DNA from: an uncultured bacterium
GTDB lineage: Bacteria; Fidelibacterota; Marinisomatia; Marinisomatales; UBA1611
Assembly (NCBI GenBank): GCA_965660855.1
Contig: CBFIBM010000015.1
Span: 1-16,979, forward strand
Direction: 5' to 3'
DNA: 16,979 nucleotides
This document shows, piece after piece, positions 1 to 7,095 of this stretch. The notes below the pieces were generated by a model, which searched no databases, was not told the origin of the DNA, and saw nothing but the letters and a program-made list of their open reading frames with translations. Made by a program: the position numbers and the translations under genes. Position 1 is the stretch's first letter; each line of letters begins with the position of its first letter.

Positions 1-2177
1 TAATCATATGCTGTGTAATACATAGAATTAAGATCAACTAACTGAGAAAAACGACCATAATATCCGTATACATTTGTTTTATCTGTAAAAGGAAAGGAAA
101 TACCAATTCTAGGCTGAATTTCAGTATATGGTTCGATTTCTTTCCATGAAGATGGATCAATGTATTTTGATACTTCATAAAAAGTTAAAGAATCCGCTCT
201 TTCTGGAGCTGTTTCAGAAGGGTCTAGCTGATCTATTCTTAGACCAACATTTACAATTATATCATCAAACTCCATTTTATCTTGAAGATAAAAACCAATT
301 TCTGTTGGTGTTTTAGCACCATCAATATAGGAAATATCTTCACCGTCTTGCCCGTCTGGAGTTCCTCTATATTCTTTTCTTTCGTCTATTTCATTACCAT
401 CTTTGTCATACCCAAAACCATCAATATATGGACGCCATATCCACGCTGGAATATTTTCAAAAGACCCATAAGTTGTATACCCATAGGAACCTTCTACATC
501 CTGCGCAAATTTCATAACGGTTGGATTAGCAAAGTAATTCCTCATTGTGTGCTGGCTGTAGTCAAAACCTGCTTTGATATCATGGTTCCCCATGACATGT
601 TGTAAGCTGGCTGAAAAACCAGTCTTAGAGTACGCACCTTTATAATAACCACCTGGCATAGTCCCTGGTCTTGTTACAGTCATACCATTAATTAAATAAT
701 CTGCTTTTTCCACAAATCTGCTTTGAAATGGTGTATAACCATAGCTGGTAGTTTCATAGCCAGTTGTGTCACCATCATCATTAAGAACGGGTACTGAGAC
801 ATTTGCATCATTAAACCCTAGTTTACTCTGAACTGCAGATGAGTCAGCCCATAATTTCCAATCAGTACCTAGAAGATTGTCTTTTGCATTATACTCTAGG
901 CCGAAACTACTAGCGTTCGCTTTCAAAATTGTATTGCTACTCAAAGCATAGGTTAACTCAGCTATTACCATATTACTAGAATATTCATTTGTTCTGTATC
1001 TTTCAGAAACATCAAAAGAATTTGTGTATGCTCCTGTATCATCTAGAGTACTAACCATTGCGCCGCCCCATTGAAGCTGAGACATGATCCCACCGCCCTG
1101 ATTAGTTGTACCAGTGTTATTTACAAGACCTAGTGTTGCTCTTAATGGTCCACCACTGTAGGATAAAGAACCAGTAAAATTAACGAACTCATCCTGACGT
1201 CCAGGTGTTGATCCATCTTTCCAGGTTAAATCAAACTGATCAACATAAGCAGCATTATCTGTTCTTTCATCAATTTGCCCTAAAAACTCAAAACCATTTG
1301 CAATTTTCACATAAGAATCTTCCTCTTTACTGCTTTCAACTGCACCATAAAATTTTATACTTTCATTTCCGGGGATTACCGGACCACCTACGGAAGCAAC
1401 GATAGTTTGATGACCGTAAGAATATCCATCTCCAAAAGCGCTGCTTTCACCAGTGCCTCCTCCATCATTTTGCACTGAAAAGGAACCGGAATAATCAGAT
1501 GTTCCTTGTTTAATGGTACGTTTAATCACACCTGAATTTGCGCCACTAATTTCAGCATCATATCCGCCAACTTGTACCTGAAGTTCTTCAACGGCTTCTT
1601 GAGGAACGTATACTAGATTAGACCTATCACCAAGGTTTGTAGTACCTGCTCCATTTAAATAATAAGCAACCTCATTATTACGCCCACCTCTAATATAGAC
1701 TTCATCATTCTGAACTACAACACCTGGAACAGTGGCAAGAACTGAATTTAAATCTCTGATAGGCATATTTCTTAACTGCTCGCTTGTAACTGTGCTAACA
1801 GAAGAAGTTTCATCTTTTTGAATAAGGGGCTTTTCTGCAGTTACTTGAACAACTTCTCCTTCGATCGAGCTTGTTGAAAGAGAAAAATTAATTTCAGTAC
1901 TCAATCCAGAGATTACTTGAACATTAGAAATCTCTTGCGAAGCATATCCTATATAACTTGCCATTACAGTGTAGGACCCAGCCGGAATATTTAAAATGGT
2001 ATAATCACCAGTTTCTCCTGCAGATGCACCAGATCCTGTGCCGAGAACTATAATATTCGCACCGACCAAAGCTGAACCGTCATCACCTTGAACAAGGCCG
2101 GTTAGCTTACCAGTAGTTTGAGACCAACCAACAGATAAAAATGTTGATAGGTATATTAAATAGACAATCCGTTTCAT
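1..2177 (-). CDS. TonB-dependent receptor (N-terminal carboxypeptidase-regulatory-like domain, plug, beta-barrel); 3' end outside window
   Basis: Manual translation from ATG at 2177 (GGAGG SD at 2189..2185) is open for 725 codons to the edge. Signal peptide MKRIVYLIYLSTFLSVGWSQ, then TTGKLTG..LVGANIIV..YTILNIPAGSYTVMASYIGY, EVVQVTAEKPLIQKD, plug YIRGGRNNEVAYYLNG and QVQVGGYDAEISGANSGVI, barrel motifs FYLQDKMEFDDIIVNVGLRID and QPRIGISFP. Confidence 0.93.
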   Translation of the reverse strand, partial: MKRIVYLIYLSTFLSVGWSQTTGKLTGLVQGDDGSALVGANIIVLGTGSGASAGETGDYTILNIPAGSYTVMASYIGYASQEISNVQVISGLSTEINFSLSTSSIEGEVVQVTAEKPLIQKDETSSVSTVTSEQLRNMPIRDLNSVLATVPGVVVQNDEVYIRGGRNNEVAYYLNGAGTTNLGDRSNLVYVPQEAVEELQVQVGGYDAEISGANSGVIKRTIKQGTSDYSGSFSVQNDGGGTGESSAFGDGYSYGHQTIVASVGGPVIPGNESIKFYGAVESSKEEDSYVKIANGFEFLGQIDERTDNAAYVDQFDLTWKDGSTPGRQDEFVNFTGSLSYSGGPLRATLGLVNNTGTTNQGGGIMSQLQWGGAMVSTLDDTGAYTNSFDVSERYRTNEYSSNMVIAELTYALSSNTILKANASSFGLEYNAKDNLLGTDWKLWADSSAVQSKLGFNDANVSVPVLNDDGDTTGYETTSYGYTPFQSRFVEKADYLINGMTVTRPGTMPGGYYKGAYSKTGFSASLQHVMGNHDIKAGFDYSQHTMRNYFANPTVMKFAQDVEGSYGYTTYGSFENIPAWIWRPYIDGFGYDKDGNEIDERKEYRGTPDGQDGEDISYIDGAKTPTEIGFYLQDKMEFDDIIVNVGLRIDQLDPSETAPERADSLTFYEVSKYIDPSSWKEIEPYTEIQPRIGISFPFTDKTNVYGYYGRFSQLVDLNSMYYTAYD

Positions 2178-2320
2178 TTTATAGCCTCCAAAATAGAGTT
2201 TATTAAAAAATTGGTAGGGAACAAAAAAAAGTTTCCGACGTTAACTAATATATTCTGAGTCAAATATTTAGATATCATTAAAAATTAGTCAGTTCAGATC
2301 CTTTATATCCCAAAAAACAA

Positions 2321-2334
2321 TTAGGTAAACCTAA
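2321..2334. promoter_or_regulatory. Palindromic operator candidate TTAGGT-AA-ACCTAA (DtxR/MntR/SirR-box-like)
   Basis: Perfect 6-bp arms with a 2-nt centre; covers the predicted -10; resembles the TTAGGTTAACCTAA core of DtxR-family boxes. Confidence 0.45.
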
Positions 2335-2356
2335 AAGCTGAATCGTTATGAGTCAA
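2328..2356 (-). promoter_or_regulatory. Putative sigma70-type promoter of the TonB-dependent receptor
   Basis: Minus strand TTGACT (2356..2351), 17-nt spacer, TAGGTT (2333..2328, TAnnnT), about 150 nt upstream of the ATG. Confidence 0.5.
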
Positions 2357-2433
2357 GATAAATGTTTTGATTGATATTTCCCGTGTTTTCATTTTCATTG
2401 ACCCAAAAAAACCTGATAGAAAACCCTTCAATT

Positions 2434-3264
2434 TTATTTTTTTACGCCCGCCCACTGCAATTCAATAATAGGAACCCAACTTTCCATTAAAGGAAGATAG
2501 GGCAAAATCCTGGTTTGCTTACCAAAGGGTAATTCTGCACGAACCAACTTGTATCCAGTTGTTACCCTGAAATTTTTTGATTTTTCCCAGCTTAATAAAA
2601 ATTTGTGCTCTAATGAAAATAGTCCTCTTAAATCTTTGAAACTAGGATCCGATTGCATTTTTGCTATTTTAGGTAAAATTAAAAAATCCAGATCCACCAG
2701 AAAGGAAAAGTTTTTGTTAATTGATTTTTGAATATCAATACCATTGTGATACCCCCAACCATTACTATATAAGGCAAGACGATGATAAACTAAAGGTAAA
2801 TCAATTGTTAATCTTTTATCTGGAGCTTCAGAAACCAAAGCAAAGTCGATTCCGTTCTTTATAGTAATATCAAAACCATTCAAGGGTTTAGTCATTATCC
2901 AAGAGTATGAGAACCCAACCATAGGAGGGGTTTTTAAATTTGGATCTATTACTCCACCTATTCCTTCTTTTGAAATAATATTTAAAAGTGGGGTTGGATA
3001 TCGAAAAGAAATTTTACTTGCGCAATTAAAACCCCAAATCCTCTCTTCTGCTCTCTTTACGGAAACATTAGGCATCACAAAAAACAATAAGGGGTGAGTG
3101 CTAAATTCAGTTTTATCAGAGTAACCGTATCGAAATGGCTGAAACAAACCAATCTCCCATCTTTTTTTAGCTATTACTTCAGCAGAATTAGAGCTCCACG
3201 AAGTGTTCATCGAAAATAAAGTCTTTATAGAAAATAATAATACTATATAATAAATATGTTTCAT
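2434..3264 (-). CDS. Hypothetical exported protein, possibly outer-membrane beta-barrel (276 aa)
   Basis: Signal-peptide-like N-terminus MKHIYYIVLLFSIKTLFS; amphipathic strand-like segments (FSFLVDLDFL, FRVTTGYKLV, IIELQW near the C-terminus); abuts the upstream gene with no gap; GGGAG upstream of the ATG. Confidence 0.7.
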   Translation of the reverse strand: MKHIYYIVLLFSIKTLFSMNTSWSSNSAEVIAKKRWEIGLFQPFRYGYSDKTEFSTHPLLFFVMPNVSVKRAEERIWGFNCASKISFRYPTPLLNIISKEGIGGVIDPNLKTPPMVGFSYSWIMTKPLNGFDITIKNGIDFALVSEAPDKRLTIDLPLVYHRLALYSNGWGYHNGIDIQKSINKNFSFLVDLDFLILPKIAKMQSDPSFKDLRGLFSLEHKFLLSWEKSKNFRVTTGYKLVRAELPFGKQTRILPYLPLMESWVPIIELQWAGVKK

Positions 3265-4404
3265 CTATCTTCTCCCACTTATAGATATATAAACTGCACT
3301 TACTGGCATATGATCGCTAAGTTTCCAAGCCGCTTGATGAGTGTACCCAGACCCTTCTAACCAAGATCCATTTGTAAATAAGTAATCTAGTTTTCTATCA
3401 TGCTTTGTATAGGTGCTGTCATTTATCATGCTGGTAGAGGGAGCATGTGTGTGATTCTCAGGTAATAATATAGATCCATCATCAGCGGGTATTGCAGAAC
3501 TATAACTATTGTATAAAGGAAGCAAGATATCCGGCTCACCATCAAAATGCGAAAAATAAGAGCCTTGATAAGCATCGTTGTTCTCGAAATCTCCATCACA
3601 AATCTCATCATCGCATTTGTCGCTTTCGCAAAAGTCTATTACCGATCCCGGTGGGACAGAATTTAGATCGCCGCCACTTACAAAATCTCCATTCTCTGCG
3701 ACAATCTCATCTAAAATTTCTGAATATTGTTCTATATGCTTTTCTTTTGTATCATCAGTTGCAAAAGCAGTAGCGTGTATATCAACAGCAAAAAAATCTC
3801 TTCCATTTTGAGACAAACTTGGGATTTTTACCTTCAAAATATTTCTTCTTAAGTAAAAGTATTGTACGAGATCATCTTGATCTGTTCTTAATTGTAATTG
3901 AACTCTTTCAGCATCCGTAAGTTCATACTTAGATAGGATAGCGTTCCCCGTATTTATTTTACCGATTCCATCTGTTGGTATGAAATCAGCTTCCCACATG
4001 GATGCATAACAAGCGTAATTGTAATAAGTATTATCTAGCAAATATTGAACCTGATCTAGATACCCCGTTCTTTTAGATGAAACATCAACTTCTTGTAGCA
4101 GAACTATATCTGCGTCAATCATATTTAACGTATCTGCGATACCCTGCATAATTGAATTGATATGATTCTGATCTGCTACAACATCATCACCGCAAGAATC
4201 TCCAAAAAAAGGAAACCTTCCCGATCCAAACCTTATATTCCAAGTAACTACTTTTATGGGTCCATCATCATAAACACTTAATGAGTCTGGAATTTCTGTA
4301 GCTTTATACATAACAGCATCACTTTTCTGGGAAAACTCAGTAACGAATGGATCACAGCCGCTTAATATAATTATTGAAAACAATATTAGGTTTAGAAACT
4401 TCAT
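3265..4404 (-). CDS. Endonuclease/exonuclease/phosphatase (EEP) family lipoprotein
   Basis: Lipobox LSG-C after a hydrophobic leader; EEP motifs VVTWNI, DIVLLQEVD, GNAILSKY, GGDLNS, KLDYLF, LSDHMPV; AAGGAG SD; ATGA overlap with the arsC stop. Confidence 0.9.
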   Translation of the reverse strand: MKFLNLILFSIIILSGCDPFVTEFSQKSDAVMYKATEIPDSLSVYDDGPIKVVTWNIRFGSGRFPFFGDSCGDDVVADQNHINSIMQGIADTLNMIDADIVLLQEVDVSSKRTGYLDQVQYLLDNTYYNYACYASMWEADFIPTDGIGKINTGNAILSKYELTDAERVQLQLRTDQDDLVQYFYLRRNILKVKIPSLSQNGRDFFAVDIHATAFATDDTKEKHIEQYSEILDEIVAENGDFVSGGDLNSVPPGSVIDFCESDKCDDEICDGDFENNDAYQGSYFSHFDGEPDILLPLYNSYSSAIPADDGSILLPENHTHAPSTSMINDSTYTKHDRKLDYLFTNGSWLEGSGYTHQAAWKLSDHMPVSAVYISISGRR

Positions 4405-4769
4405 TTTGACTCCTTCTTTTTCAATAAAGTTAATACTTTTTCAGGGGGACGACACACAAGTGCTTTGTTTTGAACCACAACAATAGGACGCTCCAAAATT
4501 TTTGGATATCTAGAAATTGCTTTTGCCATTTTTTGGTCATTAGAAATAAACTCTTCTAATTTGTTTTCCTTAAATTCCGCTTCATTTTTCCTAACAAATT
4601 GTCCAGGAGCAAGCCCAAGTTCTTCCGAAATATTTAGCACCTCAGTTATGGACAACGGATTTTTTAAATATTCTCTTATTGTAAAATTCACGCTCTTTTC
4701 TCTAAGGAGCTGCACGGCTCCTCTGCTTTTTTTTCAACGAGGATTATGATATATGATTATATTTTTCAT
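4401..4769 (-). CDS. arsC: Arsenate reductase, glutaredoxin-type ArsC family, probable selenoprotein (122 aa, Sec12)
   Basis: From ATG 4769: MKNIIIYHNPR-TGA-KKSRGAVQLLREK, in frame with the track ORF 4401..4715. The TGA (4736..4734) is codon 12, the catalytic Cys of the IYHNPxCxxSR motif. Conserved arginines in FVRKNE, ILERPIVV and VCRPPE. Confidence 0.88.
4704..4723 (-). promoter_or_regulatory. Putative bacterial SECIS element
   Basis: GAGGAGC-CGUGCA-GCUCCUU hairpin (7 bp including one G-U). Stem starts at the 11th nt after the UGA; loop starts at the 18th nt, with GU at loop positions 2-3. Confidence 0.72.
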
Positions 4770-4909
4770 TTAATTATACTCATTTTTATATTTTCAGAAA
4801 CTTAATATAGCACTCTTTGATTTAATTTTTTTAAAAAAACCCATTAGATTCATTCTTATTTTTTAAAAATAAAATTTTTTGTATATTTTAGCTAATAAAA
4901 TAAAAAAAT

Positions 4910-5359
4910 ATGAAACTAGACGAAACCGATATTCAAATTCTTAAAGCTCTTCAGAATGATGGTCGAGAATCAGCAAGCCACATAGCTGAAAGAGTAAATG
5001 TTTCTGTTCCAACTGTAACTGAGCGCATTAGAAAACTTCAAGAGAGCGGAATTATTTTGGGATTTCAAACTGTCATAGACCCCAGCTCAATTGGCTTAGA
5101 TGTTGCCGCAATAATCACTATTATTTCAGGTTCATCTCAATATTATAGAGAAGTTACAATTGCTGCTGAGGAAACACCGGAAGTTGTTCAATGCTTTAGC
5201 ACAACTGGAAATGGTTCACATATGCTGTTTGTTATCACAAAAAATTCAAATACACTTGAAGAGCTTTTAAGAAAAATTCAAAGCTGGCCAGGTGTTGTTA
5301 GAACAGAAACTCAAATAATTCTTTCTTCTTATAAACTTGGATCTACTGTACCTTTATAG
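4910..5359 (+). CDS. Lrp/AsnC family transcriptional regulator
   Basis: N-terminal LDETDIQILKALQNDGR..IAERVNVSVPTVTERIRKLQESGII HTH; C-terminal RAM domain with PEVVQCFSTTG and GVVRTETQIIL. Confidence 0.95.
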   Translation: MKLDETDIQILKALQNDGRESASHIAERVNVSVPTVTERIRKLQESGIILGFQTVIDPSSIGLDVAAIITIISGSSQYYREVTIAAEETPEVVQCFSTTGNGSHMLFVITKNSNTLEELLRKIQSWPGVVRTETQIILSSYKLGSTVPL

Positions 5360-5536
5360 CAAACACTAACTCCCCTAAACTCCACTGTCGGACTAGCTAA
5401 AAACCTTAAGTTTTAAAAAATTGTTGCATTAAACAAAAATAATATTTTTTATAAAATCTTAATTTTTTTATATTATTGTGTTATATATTGAATTTTTTAA
5501 ACTAATTTAGACAATAAACATTAATAAGGTAAGTAA

Positions 5537-6547
5537 ATGAGCAAAATAAGATTAGAGTATATTTGGATGGATGGCCATGCCCCAACCCAAAAATTAAGAT
5601 CAAAAACAAAAGTTTTAGAAGGCCCAATTAAATCTATTGAAGATTTACCAGATTGGGGCTTTGATGGATCCAGTACAAATCAAGCTGAAGGTAACAACAG
5701 TGATTGCCTTTTAAGGCCGGTTTATAAGGTCCCTGATCCAATCAGAGGTGGGGATGATTTGCTAGTGATGTGTGAAGTAATGAATGCGGATGGAACAGTT
5801 CATGATTCAAATACAAGAGCTCATTTAAGAGAAATTTCTGAAAAGTATAAATCTGAAGAAGCTTGGTTTGGTATCGAACAAGAGTACACTCTTTTTGATG
5901 GGCGGAACCCATTGGGATGGCCCGAAGGTGGCTATCCAGCACCTCAAGGGCCTTTCTATTGCGGGGTAGGAGCAGACGAAGTATACGGTAGAGATATTGT
6001 TGAAGAGCATCTTCAATTATGTATAGATGCTGGTTTAGAAATTTCTGGAATCAATGCTGAAGTAATGCCTGGACAATGGGAATATCAAATCGGTCCACTC
6101 GGTCCTTTAGAGTCTGGAGATCAAATGTGGTTATCTAGATGGCTTTTATATCGAATTGCAGAGGACTATGGTGTAAGTGCTACCTTACATCCAAAACCTG
6201 TTAAGGGCGATTGGAATGGAGCTGGAGCCCATACGAACTTTAGCACCAAATCTATGCGCGCATCCGGAGGGATCAAAGTCATAAAGGCTGCTTGTGAAAA
6301 ACTCAGTAAAAAACATGATGATCATATTGCAGTATATGGTGCACATAACGAAGAAAGGCTAACAGGATTACATGAAACCTGCAGTATAAAAGAATTTAGA
6401 TATGGTGTGAGTGACCGAGGCGCATCAATTCGTATACCAATGCAAACTGCAAACGAAGGCTATGGATACCTTGAAGATAGAAGACCTTCTGCGAATATGG
6501 ATCCATACCAAGTTTGTGCAATTCTAATTAGTACAACCTGTAGTTAG
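5537..6547 (+). CDS. glnII: Glutamine synthetase type II
   Basis: 336 aa; LEYIWMDG, LRSKTKV, WGFDGSSTNQAEG, WFGIEQEY, PQGPFYCGVG, GINAEVMPGQWEYQIGP, DWNGAGAHTNFST, RLTGLHET, DRGASIRIP, YLEDRRPSANMDPY. Confidence 0.95.
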   Translation: MSKIRLEYIWMDGHAPTQKLRSKTKVLEGPIKSIEDLPDWGFDGSSTNQAEGNNSDCLLRPVYKVPDPIRGGDDLLVMCEVMNADGTVHDSNTRAHLREISEKYKSEEAWFGIEQEYTLFDGRNPLGWPEGGYPAPQGPFYCGVGADEVYGRDIVEEHLQLCIDAGLEISGINAEVMPGQWEYQIGPLGPLESGDQMWLSRWLLYRIAEDYGVSATLHPKPVKGDWNGAGAHTNFSTKSMRASGGIKVIKAACEKLSKKHDDHIAVYGAHNEERLTGLHETCSIKEFRYGVSDRGASIRIPMQTANEGYGYLEDRRPSANMDPYQVCAILISTTCS

Positions 6548-6564
6548 AAAAACGATTTTATTAT

Positions 6565-6604
6565 AAACAATGGAAGCAACCTAAAATATATGCTTCCATT
6601 GTTT
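6565..6604. terminator. Bidirectional intrinsic terminator between convergent glnII and asparaginase genes
   Basis: Perfect 14-bp inverted repeat AAACAATGGAAGCA (6565-6578) / TGCTTCCATTGTTT (6591-6604) with a 12-nt loop and AT-rich flanks. Confidence 0.75.
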
Positions 6605-7089
6605 TAAATTTTTTCAAAAACACCTGTTTCTTTATTTTTTTTAACAGCATCCCAGTCAAAATACTTCCCGTTCATAGCAATATAAACACCGACTGGTAAG
6701 GCTTGAGAAAATGCAAGAGCACTGCCAACATTAAACAGGCCATCGCTACTTCCAAAGTTATAGGGGATCATTGCCCCTGTTAAAATTATCGTTTTGTCTA
6801 ATTTTTCTTTCGCAAGAACTCTTGCGGTTTTTGTCATCGTGTCTGTCCCGTGGGTAATCACAATTTGCTTTTCATCAACTTTTTTACAAGAATTTTTAAT
6901 ATATAACCTCTCTTTATTTGACATTGTCAAACTATCAATAAGCATCAAGGTAGTAATGTTTACTTCAAGTCTACACCTCCCCAACTTCAACAATTCTTCA
7001 ATATGAGTTTTATCAAAGAAAAGCTTTCCCTTTATTTCGTCATACTCTTTATCAAACGTACCACCGGTAATTAAAATCCTTACAGACAT
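6604..7089 (-). CDS. Short-chain (single-domain) L-asparaginase family protein
   Basis: 161 aa; ITGGTFDK, LIDSL, ITHGTDTM, ILTGAMIPY and SDGLFNVG motifs; no C-terminal asparaginase domain. Confidence 0.9.
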   Translation of the reverse strand: MSVRILITGGTFDKEYDEIKGKLFFDKTHIEELLKLGRCRLEVNITTLMLIDSLTMSNKERLYIKNSCKKVDEKQIVITHGTDTMTKTARVLAKEKLDKTIILTGAMIPYNFGSSDGLFNVGSALAFSQALPVGVYIAMNGKYFDWDAVKKNKETGVFEKI

Positions 7090-7095
7090 TTTATT

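Noticed and set aside
128..1405. Plus-strand ORFs 128..316, 282..605 and 1205..1405
   Set aside because: Antisense shadows of the TonB-receptor frame; no recognisable motifs.
4401..4715. arsC starting at GTG 4715 (track call), or arsC as a pseudogene
   Set aside because: The short form lacks the HNPxC active site. The only interruption is a TGA at the catalytic codon followed by a SECIS-like hairpin, which fits Sec better than decay.
4734..4736. Alternative genetic code (UGA = Trp or Gly)
   Set aside because: All other genes read through without internal TGA, Trp is TGG, and TGA terminates arsC, purM and purC in ATGA overlaps.
4766..4783. Five-codon minus-strand uORF MSIIK* overlapping the arsC ATG
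   Set aside because: Easily arises by chance in AT-rich DNA; no supporting signal.
5360..5536. Glutamine riboswitch (glnA RNA motif) or sigma54/NtrC promoter upstream of glnII
   Set aside because: No structured GC-containing stems and no GG-N10-GC element recognised; the region is mostly A/T tracts.
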